From assembly GCA_041920275.1 (NCBI GenBank), contig JAYRSE010000008.1:1-63177 (forward strand): DNA of 63,177 bases, given 5' to 3'. How positions within the stretch are numbered: position 1 is the stretch's first letter; each line of letters begins with the position of its first letter. Origin of the DNA: Minisyncoccota bacterium (GTDB lineage: Bacteria; Patescibacteriota; Minisyncoccia; Phycocordibacterales; UBA12088). The translations under genes were made by a program, and so were the position numbers. Under the pieces are notes generated by a model. That model made no database searches. It worked only from the letters and a program-made list of their open reading frames with translations, and was not told where the DNA came from. Shown piece after piece: positions 36,393-46,409 of this stretch.

Positions 36393-38216
36393 ATGCATAT
36401 CGTTTATGTGACACAGTATTATCCGCCACATGCGGGCGGTCTCGAGCAGGTTGCGATACGGCAGGCGCGTGCCGCACACACGGCGGGCCACGAGGTCACG
36501 GTGGTCACTTGTGCGCCGGATCCGAGCCGTGTGGGGGTGTTGGATGAAGGTGGGGTCACGGTGCATCGAGTGTCGTCAGTGAACACGCTTGATACGCGTT
36601 TCGGACTGCCGTTCTCTTTTGTAGGCATATCCATGCTGCGCACGCTCGTGAGGGCGGTACGTGGTGCGGACCTCGTGCACCTGCATGACGTATTCTACAT
36701 GCCGTCCTGGTTCGCATACCTGGTCGCTCGGTACTATCACAAGGACCTGGTGTTGACCCAGCACGTCGCACTCGTTGCTCACCCGTCACGAATCGTTCGC
36801 GCGGTCCAGCGGGTGGTTTATCGTACATGGGGTGATGCCATCTTTCGATACGCGAGAACGATCGTGGTGTACAACAAGATCGTCCTCGATTTTCTGATCG
36901 GACGCGGAGTACCTGCGCATATAGTGCACGAGGTACGCAATGGTGTTTCGGTGCGAGCGTTCACGCCTGCGACCGAAGCGGAGCGACATGAGGCACGAAG
37001 AGCGCTCGGCCTTCCGGAGGACAGAGTGCTCGTGCTTTTCGTCGGACGTATGGTTCCCAAGAAGGGGTATCGTGAGCTCTTCGAAGCGCGCGACCCCGCG
37101 TACGACCTGGTGTTCGTGGGACCCGGTTCCGTTCCCGATTCGTGGCGGGCGGAGCCGAACGTCCACGTGCTTGGTGAAATACCTCATGAAAAACTGATAC
37201 CGTTGTACCGCGCAGCCGACGTGTTTTGTGCGCCTTCCAAGGGGGAGCTTTTCACGCTGGTCATGCAAGAGGCGTGCGCGAGCGGACTCCCGATCGTCAC
37301 TACGAACGAGTTAGAATACGCCGGCGAGCTCGACGTGTCACAGGTTGCTTTGGTGGAGCAAACATCGGAAGCTATCAAACGCGCGCTCGTTCGTTTGTCA
37401 CACGACCCCGATCTGCGGGCGCGGATGGGTGCGTATGCTCGAACGCTCGCGGAGGAGCGGTTCGATTGGGATAAGAACGCTCGCGCGGTGCTCGACCTGT
37501 ATGCGCGTCTCCGTACGACGCGGGTACAGGTGACCACGAGTTGGGACGACGGCCACGTGCTCGATGTGCGCCTGAGCGAGCTGTTGGAGAAGCACGCTAT
37601 GACCGGCACGTTCTACGTGTCTCCGGACAATGTGGAGTTTCCGCCGGAAGAACGTTTGAGCGAAGATGCGATACGTCATCTTGCGGAGAAGCATGAGATC
37701 GGTGCGCACACGCTTACGCATCGACACCTCACACGACTGTCGGACGAAGAGGCGCGTACGGAAATTCATGAGAGCAAACGTGTGCTCGAGCGTACGATCG
37801 GTATTCCCGTAGTCTCGTTCTGTTATCCGGCAGGCAGGTATGCGAAGAGGCATGCGACCATGGTGCGTGAAGCGGGTTATCGGTTCGCGCGCACCGTCAA
37901 GCGTTTCATGTTTCGTGCGCATGATCCATTCGAAGCGCCCACCACCATACATACATACGACCATTGGTCCGACGTGTGGGGCGTCGTGAAGCTCTCGCGG
38001 GGGAACCCGATCACGTTCTTTTCACTGTATCGTCGATGGGACCTGCAGGCCATGCGGCTCTTCGATCGCGCGCTTGTGCGTGGCGGCGTGTTCCACCTGT
38101 GGGGACACAGTTGGGAACTTGCGGAAAACAACGGTTGGGAGCGACTGGAAAGCGTACTACAATACATACATGGTCGTTCCGGGGTTGCGTACCTTCGGAA
38201 TTGCGATATCGTATGA
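36393..38216 (+). CDS. fusion protein: GT4-type glycosyltransferase + NodB-type polysaccharide deacetylase (CE4)
   Basis: The N-terminal half has YYPPHAGGLEQV and the EX7E region GELFTLVMQEACASGLPIV. The C-terminal 230 aa have TTSWDDGHVLD and IGAHTLTHRHL, matching the NodB motifs. Confidence 0.85.
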   Translation: MHIVYVTQYYPPHAGGLEQVAIRQARAAHTAGHEVTVVTCAPDPSRVGVLDEGGVTVHRVSSVNTLDTRFGLPFSFVGISMLRTLVRAVRGADLVHLHDVFYMPSWFAYLVARYYHKDLVLTQHVALVAHPSRIVRAVQRVVYRTWGDAIFRYARTIVVYNKIVLDFLIGRGVPAHIVHEVRNGVSVRAFTPATEAERHEARRALGLPEDRVLVLFVGRMVPKKGYRELFEARDPAYDLVFVGPGSVPDSWRAEPNVHVLGEIPHEKLIPLYRAADVFCAPSKGELFTLVMQEACASGLPIVTTNELEYAGELDVSQVALVEQTSEAIKRALVRLSHDPDLRARMGAYARTLAEERFDWDKNARAVLDLYARLRTTRVQVTTSWDDGHVLDVRLSELLEKHAMTGTFYVSPDNVEFPPEERLSEDAIRHLAEKHEIGAHTLTHRHLTRLSDEEARTEIHESKRVLERTIGIPVVSFCYPAGRYAKRHATMVREAGYRFARTVKRFMFRAHDPFEAPTTIHTYDHWSDVWGVVKLSRGNPITFFSLYRRWDLQAMRLFDRALVRGGVFHLWGHSWELAENNGWERLESVLQYIHGRSGVAYLRNCDIV

Positions 38217-40468
38217 TCCGCACACTGCTTGTCGTTGCGCCGTATTATCCGCCACATGCGGGCGGGTTGGAACGGTATGCGGAGGAAGTTGCGGCACGTA
38301 TTGCGGTGAAAGGTGAGTATCGAGTGATCGTTCTGACCACGAGCGAAGACGGTGGTGAGCATACGGAAACGCTTCGTGGCGTCACGGTGCGTAGGATCCC
38401 GTACGCCTTCAAGATATCCAATACGCCGTTCTCGTTCCGATGGTTTGTTTCGTTGTTCCGCATTCTCCGTGAAATAGCACCCGATCTCATACATATACAT
38501 ACCCCCGTTCCGGGTCTGGGCGACCTCGTTGCGTTGATCGCCGACATGAAGATCCCGCTCGTTGTGACTTACCATGCGCAAAGTATGCGCAAGGGGGTGT
38601 GGTATTTGGACGTACCGGTCTGGCTCTATGAGCACACGCTCATGCGTGTGCTCCTGTGGCTTGCAGATGAAGTGGTGTGTTCATCGAATGCGGTCCGCAA
38701 GGAGTTCCTTCCTTTCGTGCTGCACAAGAGTTCGGTGGTCACTCCTGCGGTTGATGGTGATTTGTTCTCTCCCGATACGGATGTGCACACCGATCGCGAT
38801 ACGCTGACGCTTCTTGCGGTGAACGGTCTTAGGCGGGGTGAGGAACACAAGGGAGTGCGTCGGCTGATTGATATGCTTCCGGCGCTTTTGCAAACACACC
38901 CGAAGGTGCGTTTGGTCATCGTGGGCGATGGTAGTGAGCGGGTCGGATTCGAAGCGCTTGCGAACGAGCGCGGTGTCACGTCAGCGATCTCGTTCGTCGG
39001 TGCGCAGGACCCCGTTGGTATGGTCGCTTGGTACCGGCGTGCCGACATATTCCTGCTTCCGACCACGAACGACAGTTTTCCCACGGTGATACTCGAAGCG
39101 ATGGCGTGCGGCGTACCGGTCGTATCGACCACGGTAGGGGATATACGCGATATGATCGAGGAGGGTGAGAGCGGTTACGCGGTCGATCCATGGGATCCTT
39201 ACGCATTCCTTGATCGGGTGCGGACACTCTGCGACGACCCCGCACTTCGTCGGCGTATGGGTGCACGGGGGAGGGAGCTTGTCGTTGCACAACATTCCTG
39301 GGAACGAGTTGCGGATGCCTGCCATGCATGCTATGAGCGGGTAAGTGCGCGCGCCCCCACGATCGTACACTGCGCCGCGTACTATCCTCCTCATATGGGC
39401 GGAATGGAAACGGTGGTGGAACGGATGGCACAGGAATCGGCTGACCGAGGTCGGCGAGTTCGCGTGTACACGTCTCGTGCGGGAGCGGAACGTGCGCCTC
39501 GCGTCGTGCGGGGGAATGGCATGGTGCTGCGTCGTTTACCGCATATCGAACTGGCGCATACCCCCATCATGTGGTCGTTGCCGTTCCATCTGCTCTTCCT
39601 GCCACGTGGCAGTATCCTTCACGTTCATGTGGCACAAGCACTTCTTCCCGAGATCGCGCGGAGCATCGCCTTCGTGCGCGGGTTCCCCTTCATTGCCCAC
39701 TTGCACCTCGATGTCGAGGCGTCGGGTCCGTTGGGAAGATTCTTGCCACACTACAAGCGCTACCTGTTGGGGCCGGTGTTGCGCACGTCCGATGCGGTGT
39801 GTGTCTTTTCCGAAGAACAGCGTGGAGTCGTGAAGGAACGTTACGGGGTCGAAAACGAACGAATACATATCGTGCCGAACGGAGTCGATCCGGTGTTCTT
39901 TGCGGAGCCGCGGATCGCCTCGCGCACCCCGCTCACCATTGTTTTCGTGGGACGGCTCGCCATACAAAAGCGTGTCGATCGCTTGATACGCGCCGCAGCG
40001 CTGGTACCCATTCCGATGAAGGTCGTCATCGTCGGTGACGGGGACTTGCGCGCGGAACTCGAGACACTTGCTCGATCGCTTTGCCCGGGGATCGTCGAGT
40101 TCGTTGGCGCACGTTCTTCAAAAGGGGTGCGCAAGTACTTGAGACAGGCCGACGTACTCGTGCTTCCTTCCGACCGCGAGGGTATGCCACTCACCATCCT
40201 CGAGGCGATGGCTGCGGGCGTTCCCGTTGTCGGCTCGGATGTGACAGGTATCCGTGAGCATGTGCGAGGAGTGGGTGTCCTTGTGTCTGAGCTCGATCCC
40301 GATCACTTTGCCGAAGCCATAGAGCGTTTGGTCGGCGATCATCAAGCATATGCGCGCGCATCACGGGCCGGTGTCGAGTATGCGCGAGAACATACCTGGG
40401 TTCGCACGGTCGACCGCATGGAGGAAGTGTATCGGTCCGCATTGCGTCATAGGAATACGACGGTATGA
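38213..40468 (+). CDS. tandem double GT4 glycosyltransferase
   Basis: There are two complete GT-B units. Each begins YYPPH[AM]GG[LM]E and ends with an E-x7-E region (SFPTVILEAMACGVPVV and GMPLTILEAMAAGVPVV). The ATG at 38213 overlaps the previous stop (ATGA). Confidence 0.8.
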   Translation: MIRTLLVVAPYYPPHAGGLERYAEEVAARIAVKGEYRVIVLTTSEDGGEHTETLRGVTVRRIPYAFKISNTPFSFRWFVSLFRILREIAPDLIHIHTPVPGLGDLVALIADMKIPLVVTYHAQSMRKGVWYLDVPVWLYEHTLMRVLLWLADEVVCSSNAVRKEFLPFVLHKSSVVTPAVDGDLFSPDTDVHTDRDTLTLLAVNGLRRGEEHKGVRRLIDMLPALLQTHPKVRLVIVGDGSERVGFEALANERGVTSAISFVGAQDPVGMVAWYRRADIFLLPTTNDSFPTVILEAMACGVPVVSTTVGDIRDMIEEGESGYAVDPWDPYAFLDRVRTLCDDPALRRRMGARGRELVVAQHSWERVADACHACYERVSARAPTIVHCAAYYPPHMGGMETVVERMAQESADRGRRVRVYTSRAGAERAPRVVRGNGMVLRRLPHIELAHTPIMWSLPFHLLFLPRGSILHVHVAQALLPEIARSIAFVRGFPFIAHLHLDVEASGPLGRFLPHYKRYLLGPVLRTSDAVCVFSEEQRGVVKERYGVENERIHIVPNGVDPVFFAEPRIASRTPLTIVFVGRLAIQKRVDRLIRAAALVPIPMKVVIVGDGDLRAELETLARSLCPGIVEFVGARSSKGVRKYLRQADVLVLPSDREGMPLTILEAMAAGVPVVGSDVTGIREHVRGVGVLVSELDPDHFAEAIERLVGDHQAYARASRAGVEYAREHTWVRTVDRMEEVYRSALRHRNTTV

Positions 40469-42861
40469 GAGAGTACGTGATCTCGAAAAAGGTCTTGGTG
40501 AATACGAGCGCGCTGTGGTGGGCGATCTTCGTCCTGTGCGCGGGGAACGGCTGGAATCCGTTCGGCCTTCTCTGGGTTATTGGTATCCCGTTCGTGTTGT
40601 TGCTTCCGGGTTTGCTCACACTCCTCTTGGCGCGTTCCGTTCGCGAACCGTTGCCAATGCGTCTTGCGACGGCGGTTGCGCTTTCGGTGTTCGAATTGAT
40701 CGTGCTCGGGCTGCTTGCGAATGGCACGCTTCCTTCTCTCGGAGTGGAACGGCCGCTCGACACCACCTATGCGTTGTGGTTGATCTCGACGCTCTTGCTG
40801 GTGCTTTTGGTGCTTGCGTGGAGTAAGATCACCGATCTTCGGGTGGTGCTGCCGAATGTGCTCAGTTCTCGACTTCTTCAGCGTGGCACGTTCCTGCTCG
40901 TACCGGCCATGTTTTCCGGCATGGGTGCCGCAGGCGCGTTCCTGCTGGATCGGTATGATCACGCATGGCTCACGATCGCGCTGCTCGCGGGTATCGCACT
41001 CTACGTTATCGCATACATGCGCCATGCTCGATCGCTTCCTTCGCACATCGCACCCTTCGCACTTTTTTTCATTGCCATGGCACTCCTCTTCATGACCTCG
41101 TTGCGTGGAGAGTATATCACCGGACATGACATACAGCGCGAGTATTTCGTCTTCCAGCTCGCGAAGGATGCCGGCAGGTGGAGTGCGGAGGCGTATCGCG
41201 ATGCGTACAACGCATGTCTTTCGATCACGGTACTGCCAACCTTGCTTTCGAATGTGTTGCATGTCCCCGACATGTACGTGTACAAGGCGCTCATGCAAGG
41301 CGTGTTCGCGACAAGTGTCGTGGGTGCGTTCTACATCGCCCGAACATTGCTCGCCGTGCCGTTTGCGTTCCTATCGACGGTGGTGCTCATGTCGTTTCCG
41401 ACGTTCTTCCAGGACATGCCGTTCTTGGTGCGGCAAGAGGTGGCGTTCCTGTTCTTGGTGCCCATGATCTACTTTCTCTTCAATGATCGATACTCGCTTG
41501 ATGCGCGACGAGTACTTTTCCTTTTGTTCGGCGCCGGCGTGCTGCTTGCACACTACTCGACCATGTACATGGTGCTCGCAGTGTTCCTGATGACCGCGCT
41601 TGTCACGCCGCTCGCTCATTGGGGGTGGGAGCGGATCCGGAACGCACGAATGTTCGCCGAGAGCGCACTTCACGGTTCGCACGAGGATGGGAAGTATCGG
41701 GGGGTCGTGACGCTCGGCATGGTCGCGTCGCTCATTGTGCTTACCGTCATATGGACATCGGTCATCACCGGTACCGACGGTCATGTGCGTGAGGTGGCGG
41801 GAAAAGTGTGGGCATCGGTCATTGAAGGGTTTGACGGTAACGAACATTCGGTCGATGTGTTTGCCGTGTTCTCCTTCGGACGAGTGGAAACGCTCGCAAC
41901 GCTCGAAGAGTATGTGGAGCGGGTGGTGGATGAACGGCGGGCCGCCTCGCCCGATGAGTTCTACTCGGAGGAGACGTATGCCGACTTTCCATTGGTGACG
42001 GTCGAGCGGACCGAGCTCCCGGTCACTTCGCTGGGTGCGATCGGTCTTCCGTTCGGCGTATCGCTCCAACTTGCGGTGACCTTCGTCGGGCAGGTGATAG
42101 CGAAGTTGGTGCAGATCGCGATCATCGTTGGCGTGGTGTATGTGTGTCTCCGAAGGACCTGGATCCGACAGATGCGTGTTGAGTATATGGTGCTCACGAT
42201 CGCATCACTTACGTTCATTGCGCTCTGTATCATCGTGCCGGAGCTTTCAAAAGAGTATGGTCTGTTCCGCGCGCTCCAGCAGTCGCTCTATGTGCTCGCA
42301 CCCTTCGTGCTTGTGGGGGTCTTTGCGGCGAGTGTACAGGTGGTGAGGTGTATGCGGCTCGGACGAACGGTCGTTCCCTCTGTTACGGGTGACGCGACCG
42401 CATACTTTGCGGCAAGCGCGTTGTGCGTGGTGTTTTTCTTGTACACGACCGGCTTCATGACCCAGCTTGTGGGTGGCAACGTGCCGGCATTGCACTTGAA
42501 CAATGTGGGAGACGATTACAAGCAGTATGTGACCGAACGAGCGGAATATGAGGCGATCCGGTGGCTCTTGGTTCGTCTCGAGGAGGATCGGGCGCAGACC
42601 GGCACTTACCCGCTTGTGCAGTCCGATCGATTCGGTGAAAAGAAGCTGCAGGCGTACGTGCGCTCGCGTGTGGGAGGAGATATTCATCCGGGTGTGATAC
42701 ATAAGGACGCATACGTGTTCGTCACCCCTGCGGTGTTGTATGGTGGTGTGGCGACGGTGCTTTACGACGGCAACGTCATCAAGTTCGCGTACCCGATGGG
42801 TTTTTTGGAAACACAGAAAACATTGGTATATGAACGTGACGGCGTGCGCATTTATCGGTAG
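40465..42861 (+). CDS. large polytopic membrane protein (GT-C-like / DUF2206-like, putative glycan polymerase or transferase)
   Basis: 798 aa with at least 12 predicted TM helices in two blocks and a soluble C-terminal domain of about 150 aa. The motif YITGHDIQREYFVFQ resembles DUF2206-type proteins (from memory). The start overlaps the previous stop. Confidence 0.65.
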   Translation: MREYVISKKVLVNTSALWWAIFVLCAGNGWNPFGLLWVIGIPFVLLLPGLLTLLLARSVREPLPMRLATAVALSVFELIVLGLLANGTLPSLGVERPLDTTYALWLISTLLLVLLVLAWSKITDLRVVLPNVLSSRLLQRGTFLLVPAMFSGMGAAGAFLLDRYDHAWLTIALLAGIALYVIAYMRHARSLPSHIAPFALFFIAMALLFMTSLRGEYITGHDIQREYFVFQLAKDAGRWSAEAYRDAYNACLSITVLPTLLSNVLHVPDMYVYKALMQGVFATSVVGAFYIARTLLAVPFAFLSTVVLMSFPTFFQDMPFLVRQEVAFLFLVPMIYFLFNDRYSLDARRVLFLLFGAGVLLAHYSTMYMVLAVFLMTALVTPLAHWGWERIRNARMFAESALHGSHEDGKYRGVVTLGMVASLIVLTVIWTSVITGTDGHVREVAGKVWASVIEGFDGNEHSVDVFAVFSFGRVETLATLEEYVERVVDERRAASPDEFYSEETYADFPLVTVERTELPVTSLGAIGLPFGVSLQLAVTFVGQVIAKLVQIAIIVGVVYVCLRRTWIRQMRVEYMVLTIASLTFIALCIIVPELSKEYGLFRALQQSLYVLAPFVLVGVFAASVQVVRCMRLGRTVVPSVTGDATAYFAASALCVVFFLYTTGFMTQLVGGNVPALHLNNVGDDYKQYVTERAEYEAIRWLLVRLEEDRAQTGTYPLVQSDRFGEKKLQAYVRSRVGGDIHPGVIHKDAYVFVTPAVLYGGVATVLYDGNVIKFAYPMGFLETQKTLVYERDGVRIYR

Positions 42862-42872
42862 TACGACACTCT

Positions 42873-44075
42873 ATGAAAGTGCTCATCATAAACAGCATCG
42901 GGTACGAGGGGGGTGGTGCGGAGACCACCATCACCGTGCTCGCACGTAGGCTCAATCTTGACGGACATCAGGTGTGTGTTGTGACGAGCGACCTTGGACC
43001 CGAAAAGGCACACTTCAGTGACCGTGAGTTCCGAGCGTGCGCGGGGCGTTCGTTCGTGGGGAAGGCGATCTGTCGTTTGTGGAACGCGAGTGCGTGCCGG
43101 GTCGTTGCGCAGGTGTTGCGCGAGTTCGATCCCGATATTGTGCAAGTGCACACCACGTACGAGGTTTCGCCGGCGGTGCTTTTCGTACTGCGGAATCACC
43201 CGACGATATTGGTGGTACATGGTGCGGAGGACTACACCAAGGAGCTGTTGTTGTGGGGTTTCCCACCACGGTTCTTTGCCACAGGAGGTGATGATCCTCG
43301 GTACGAGCATTTGACACTTGAAGGGAAGGCGCATTACTGGTACCACATGGCCCTGAGTGTTCCGTTGTATCGGTACTTGCTGCGATATGTTTCGCGCGTG
43401 CTCGTGGTGAGCGAGTTCATGCGCGAGATGTTGGCGCGACAGGGTATCGAGAGTGTATGCATTCCGAACGGTGTCGCATTGCCTGAACCCGTTTCGCTCG
43501 ACCCTGCAAGCAAGGTGGTGCTGTATGCGGGGCGACTTGAGAAGTTGAAAGGGGTCGATCATCTTATCGACGCGATGCCCGAGGTGCTCGCCACAGTGTC
43601 CGATGCGCGACTGGTGGTGGTGGGGACAGGGACCTACGAGGACAGTCTCCGTGAACGAGCCCACCGAAACGGACTCGCGGACCATGTTGAGTGGGTCGGA
43701 CATGTGTCACAGGAGATCCTGAACAAGTACTATGCTGCGGCCGCGCTTGTCGTGGTGCCATCGGTGTGGCCGGAGCCGTTTGGAAAAGTGGGGGTGGAGG
43801 CGATGGCCGTGGGACGGCCGGTCATTGGGAGTGCTGTGGGAGGTGTTCGGGAATGGTTGTCTCACGGGGAGAGCGGCTTTCTGGTTCCACCAAAGGATGC
43901 GCATGCGCTCGCGGAGCGTATCGTGGAACTGCTCAGTGACGTGCGGTTGCGAACCACCATGGGACGGGCTGCGGAAGATCGCGCCCAACAATTTTCCATC
44001 GAGCGATTTTGCACCGCGCTCGCCGATCTGCATCGCACCTGCCTTACGAGAGGGATGAACGGTTCGCGTCGGTGA
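42873..44075 (+). CDS. GT4-type glycosyltransferase
   Basis: 400 aa with a GT-B fold and the EX7E region EPFGKVGVEAMAVGRPVIGSAVGGVREW. Confidence 0.85.
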   Translation: MKVLIINSIGYEGGGAETTITVLARRLNLDGHQVCVVTSDLGPEKAHFSDREFRACAGRSFVGKAICRLWNASACRVVAQVLREFDPDIVQVHTTYEVSPAVLFVLRNHPTILVVHGAEDYTKELLLWGFPPRFFATGGDDPRYEHLTLEGKAHYWYHMALSVPLYRYLLRYVSRVLVVSEFMREMLARQGIESVCIPNGVALPEPVSLDPASKVVLYAGRLEKLKGVDHLIDAMPEVLATVSDARLVVVGTGTYEDSLRERAHRNGLADHVEWVGHVSQEILNKYYAAAALVVVPSVWPEPFGKVGVEAMAVGRPVIGSAVGGVREWLSHGESGFLVPPKDAHALAERIVELLSDVRLRTTMGRAAEDRAQQFSIERFCTALADLHRTCLTRGMNGSRR

Positions 44076-46242
44076 TCTTTCCGAATTTCGTGAACGTACG
44101 CTCGGTAGAGTCGCACATGATGGAGAGCCAGCGCTCGAACTCGGCAGGATCGTTGTATACCGGCCCGATGGGTCCTGCGGGAGTGTTGTTGACGTCAACG
44201 ATGTACACTCGCCCGTCTCGCACATCACGCAACACGTCGAGCTCGCCATAGTCGAGACCCATTTCTTCGCACATGCGAATGATTCGGTCTTGTTCATCCG
44301 GGGTGAGCGTTTGCTCGGTCGGCAGCATCTCCTCCGCTACGGTGAGATTGAAGGGATCGTCCTTTGCGTGGTACCGCTTCATGACGAGCGGTATCTCCCC
44401 GCAAAAGACACTCACTCGCATGTCCACGGGTGGCGCCCCCTCGGGTGCGGTCGGTATGTATTGTTGGTATATGTAGCCCGGCTCGGGATCGCAAGGACAG
44501 TGTACGAGCGTGCCATCATGGACCGCATTGTCTTCAGATTTGCGCACACATGTGCCGTTGTGCGTGCGAGGGTCGATTCGTGTCCGGTATCCGAAGGTGC
44601 GGAAGAACACATCGTCCACCAGTGATTTACCGATGTTCTCACACCCGCCGTTCAGTACGGGATGTCGTTCGCGAAGCGCGGCAAGTGTCTCGTCCGCATA
44701 CCAGACGGTGGCATCCTTGAAGCGCATACGCAGATCGGCGGGCACGGACGGGTCGTTGGTGATGCGCCATCCGAGCTCATGAAAGACCCGGTACACAATG
44801 TGGTAGGTCCGCGGCTTGTCGGGGTAGGTGAGTATGGTGATGTTCGTTCCTCGAGTGCGGCGTGCACGTCGGTATGCCGTGCGCGAAACGAAGTGAGTCT
44901 TCAGCGGCCACACCACTTCTTCCAGGAAGCGAAGGTGTGCGGACCGTGCGAGATGTGGTATGGTCAACCGTTCCGTCAATGCACGAAAGTGGGGGTGTTC
45001 GTACGTGCGCGCCCTTCGCTGAAAAAGCAGATGGCAGGCGATCGCCGAGAGTGTCGCGGCACATAGGTAGGAGACACCGACACCGAACAGGCCCAAGAAC
45101 GAAAAGATCGGGAAAAAAAGTGCGATACCTGCGGCGAAGACGACGCTGCGTGTGAGAAGCGCGCCGGTGTCCTTTGCCATGCGGAAGAGTGTTGCGTACA
45201 GCAGTGACGCCGCGACCGGTATGCCGGAAAGCGTCAGTATGGCGAGCAGCGAAGATCCTTCCGCACTGTAGGCGCCACCGAATGCGGCAAGTATGAAGGG
45301 GCCGAACAAGAGGAGTGTGACGATGGCGGGCAGCAGAAGGAGTGCGACGATGCCCCCCGCGTTCCGTAGATGTGGAGCGGTCGAACCTTCGTCAAAGGAC
45401 GATTCCGCGAGCAGAGCGTTCATGACGCTCGACGGTATGGTGAAGAGAAGCCCGGCGATCAGCATTACGATGGAGTAATATGCCGCCTGTGCGGGGCCGT
45501 ACAGGTTGGTGACGAGTATCGGGAGTACGGCGATCGGGATGTACCCGATAATGTCCGCAAGATAGTTGTCCCTGCTGAAGCGTTTCGTGTGTGCAATGAA
45601 CTCGTGGTCGATGTGGAATGAAGGCCGATAGCCGAATGAGCGCACAAGCGCGGCCATGCTCAAGAGAAAGCCGGACGCTTGTGCGACCGCCCCCGCCAGA
45701 AAGATGCCGAACGCCCCCCACTCGATGAACGCGAACGGCAAGCACACTTTGAGCGCACTGAACGCCGTATCGATCGCAAGCGTGTACTGTGTTTTTCGGT
45801 ATGCGAGAAATATCGCATCGGTGTACATGTTGAGTGCCGCAAAGACCGCAAAAAGTACAAAGAGCGTTGCGGTGAGTGGGCTGTCGGTCAAGGTGGAGAG
45901 TGCGGGTGAGAGGTGGGGGGCGAGAAGGATGTAGGCGCATGCAAGGATGCATGCGGCGATCCCCACGACCGCAAGACCCGTGGTGATGCTCTTGTTCTTG
46001 TCTCGTTCTTTTTCGAGGAAACGGATCGTGGCGGTATCGAAACCGACCAGCGAGAACGTGGCGATGAGTATGAGCGTGGAGGTGAGGGTCGCCGCGAGTC
46101 CGACCTCATGATCGACGTAGAGGCGCGCGGTGACGAGCCAGAAGAGAAAACCGAACCCGGAGGTGACGACCGCCGCAAGGAGCGGGAATATTGAGTTTTT
46201 GAACATGCTTTGCAGCATGAATCCGAGCACTTTGGCGCGCAT
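44044..46242 (-). CDS. fusion protein: Wzx/MOP-type polysaccharide flippase + C-terminal ATP-grasp-like domain
   Basis: The N-terminal 430 aa or so have about 12-14 TM helices with a Wzx-like organisation. The C-terminal 300 aa or so are soluble and end with GLDYGELDVLRDVRDGRVYIVDVNNTPAGP, which resembles the ATP-grasp Mg/ATP-binding end. The domain call is inference. Confidence 0.65.
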   Translation of the reverse strand: MRAKVLGFMLQSMFKNSIFPLLAAVVTSGFGFLFWLVTARLYVDHEVGLAATLTSTLILIATFSLVGFDTATIRFLEKERDKNKSITTGLAVVGIAACILACAYILLAPHLSPALSTLTDSPLTATLFVLFAVFAALNMYTDAIFLAYRKTQYTLAIDTAFSALKVCLPFAFIEWGAFGIFLAGAVAQASGFLLSMAALVRSFGYRPSFHIDHEFIAHTKRFSRDNYLADIIGYIPIAVLPILVTNLYGPAQAAYYSIVMLIAGLLFTIPSSVMNALLAESSFDEGSTAPHLRNAGGIVALLLLPAIVTLLLFGPFILAAFGGAYSAEGSSLLAILTLSGIPVAASLLYATLFRMAKDTGALLTRSVVFAAGIALFFPIFSFLGLFGVGVSYLCAATLSAIACHLLFQRRARTYEHPHFRALTERLTIPHLARSAHLRFLEEVVWPLKTHFVSRTAYRRARRTRGTNITILTYPDKPRTYHIVYRVFHELGWRITNDPSVPADLRMRFKDATVWYADETLAALRERHPVLNGGCENIGKSLVDDVFFRTFGYRTRIDPRTHNGTCVRKSEDNAVHDGTLVHCPCDPEPGYIYQQYIPTAPEGAPPVDMRVSVFCGEIPLVMKRYHAKDDPFNLTVAEEMLPTEQTLTPDEQDRIIRMCEEMGLDYGELDVLRDVRDGRVYIVDVNNTPAGPIGPVYNDPAEFERWLSIMCDSTERTFTKFGKITDANRSSLS

Positions 46243-46409
46243 GTGTATAGTATGCCACAGTGCGGTTGCGGGACGCTATGGACAATCCGGCTGCGGCACT
46301 GTCATTTTTTCGCGCGGCGGGTATACTTGTTGTACCGAATGTGGGTGGCGTGTATCGAATTGATACAATATATATGGTATACGGGTAGCGTCACCTTCCG
46401 GGTGTATCC

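Noticed and set aside
37964-38212. Upstream extension of the double-GT4 ORF (the track start at 37964). Similar 5' extensions occur at 717, 2306, 9021, 9302, 10014, 11132, 12458, 17742, 22020, 28692, 33879 and 61450.
   Set aside because: The extensions overlap the preceding gene or intergenic promoter sequence and are not protein-like. In each case an internal ATG aligns with the conserved family N-terminus.
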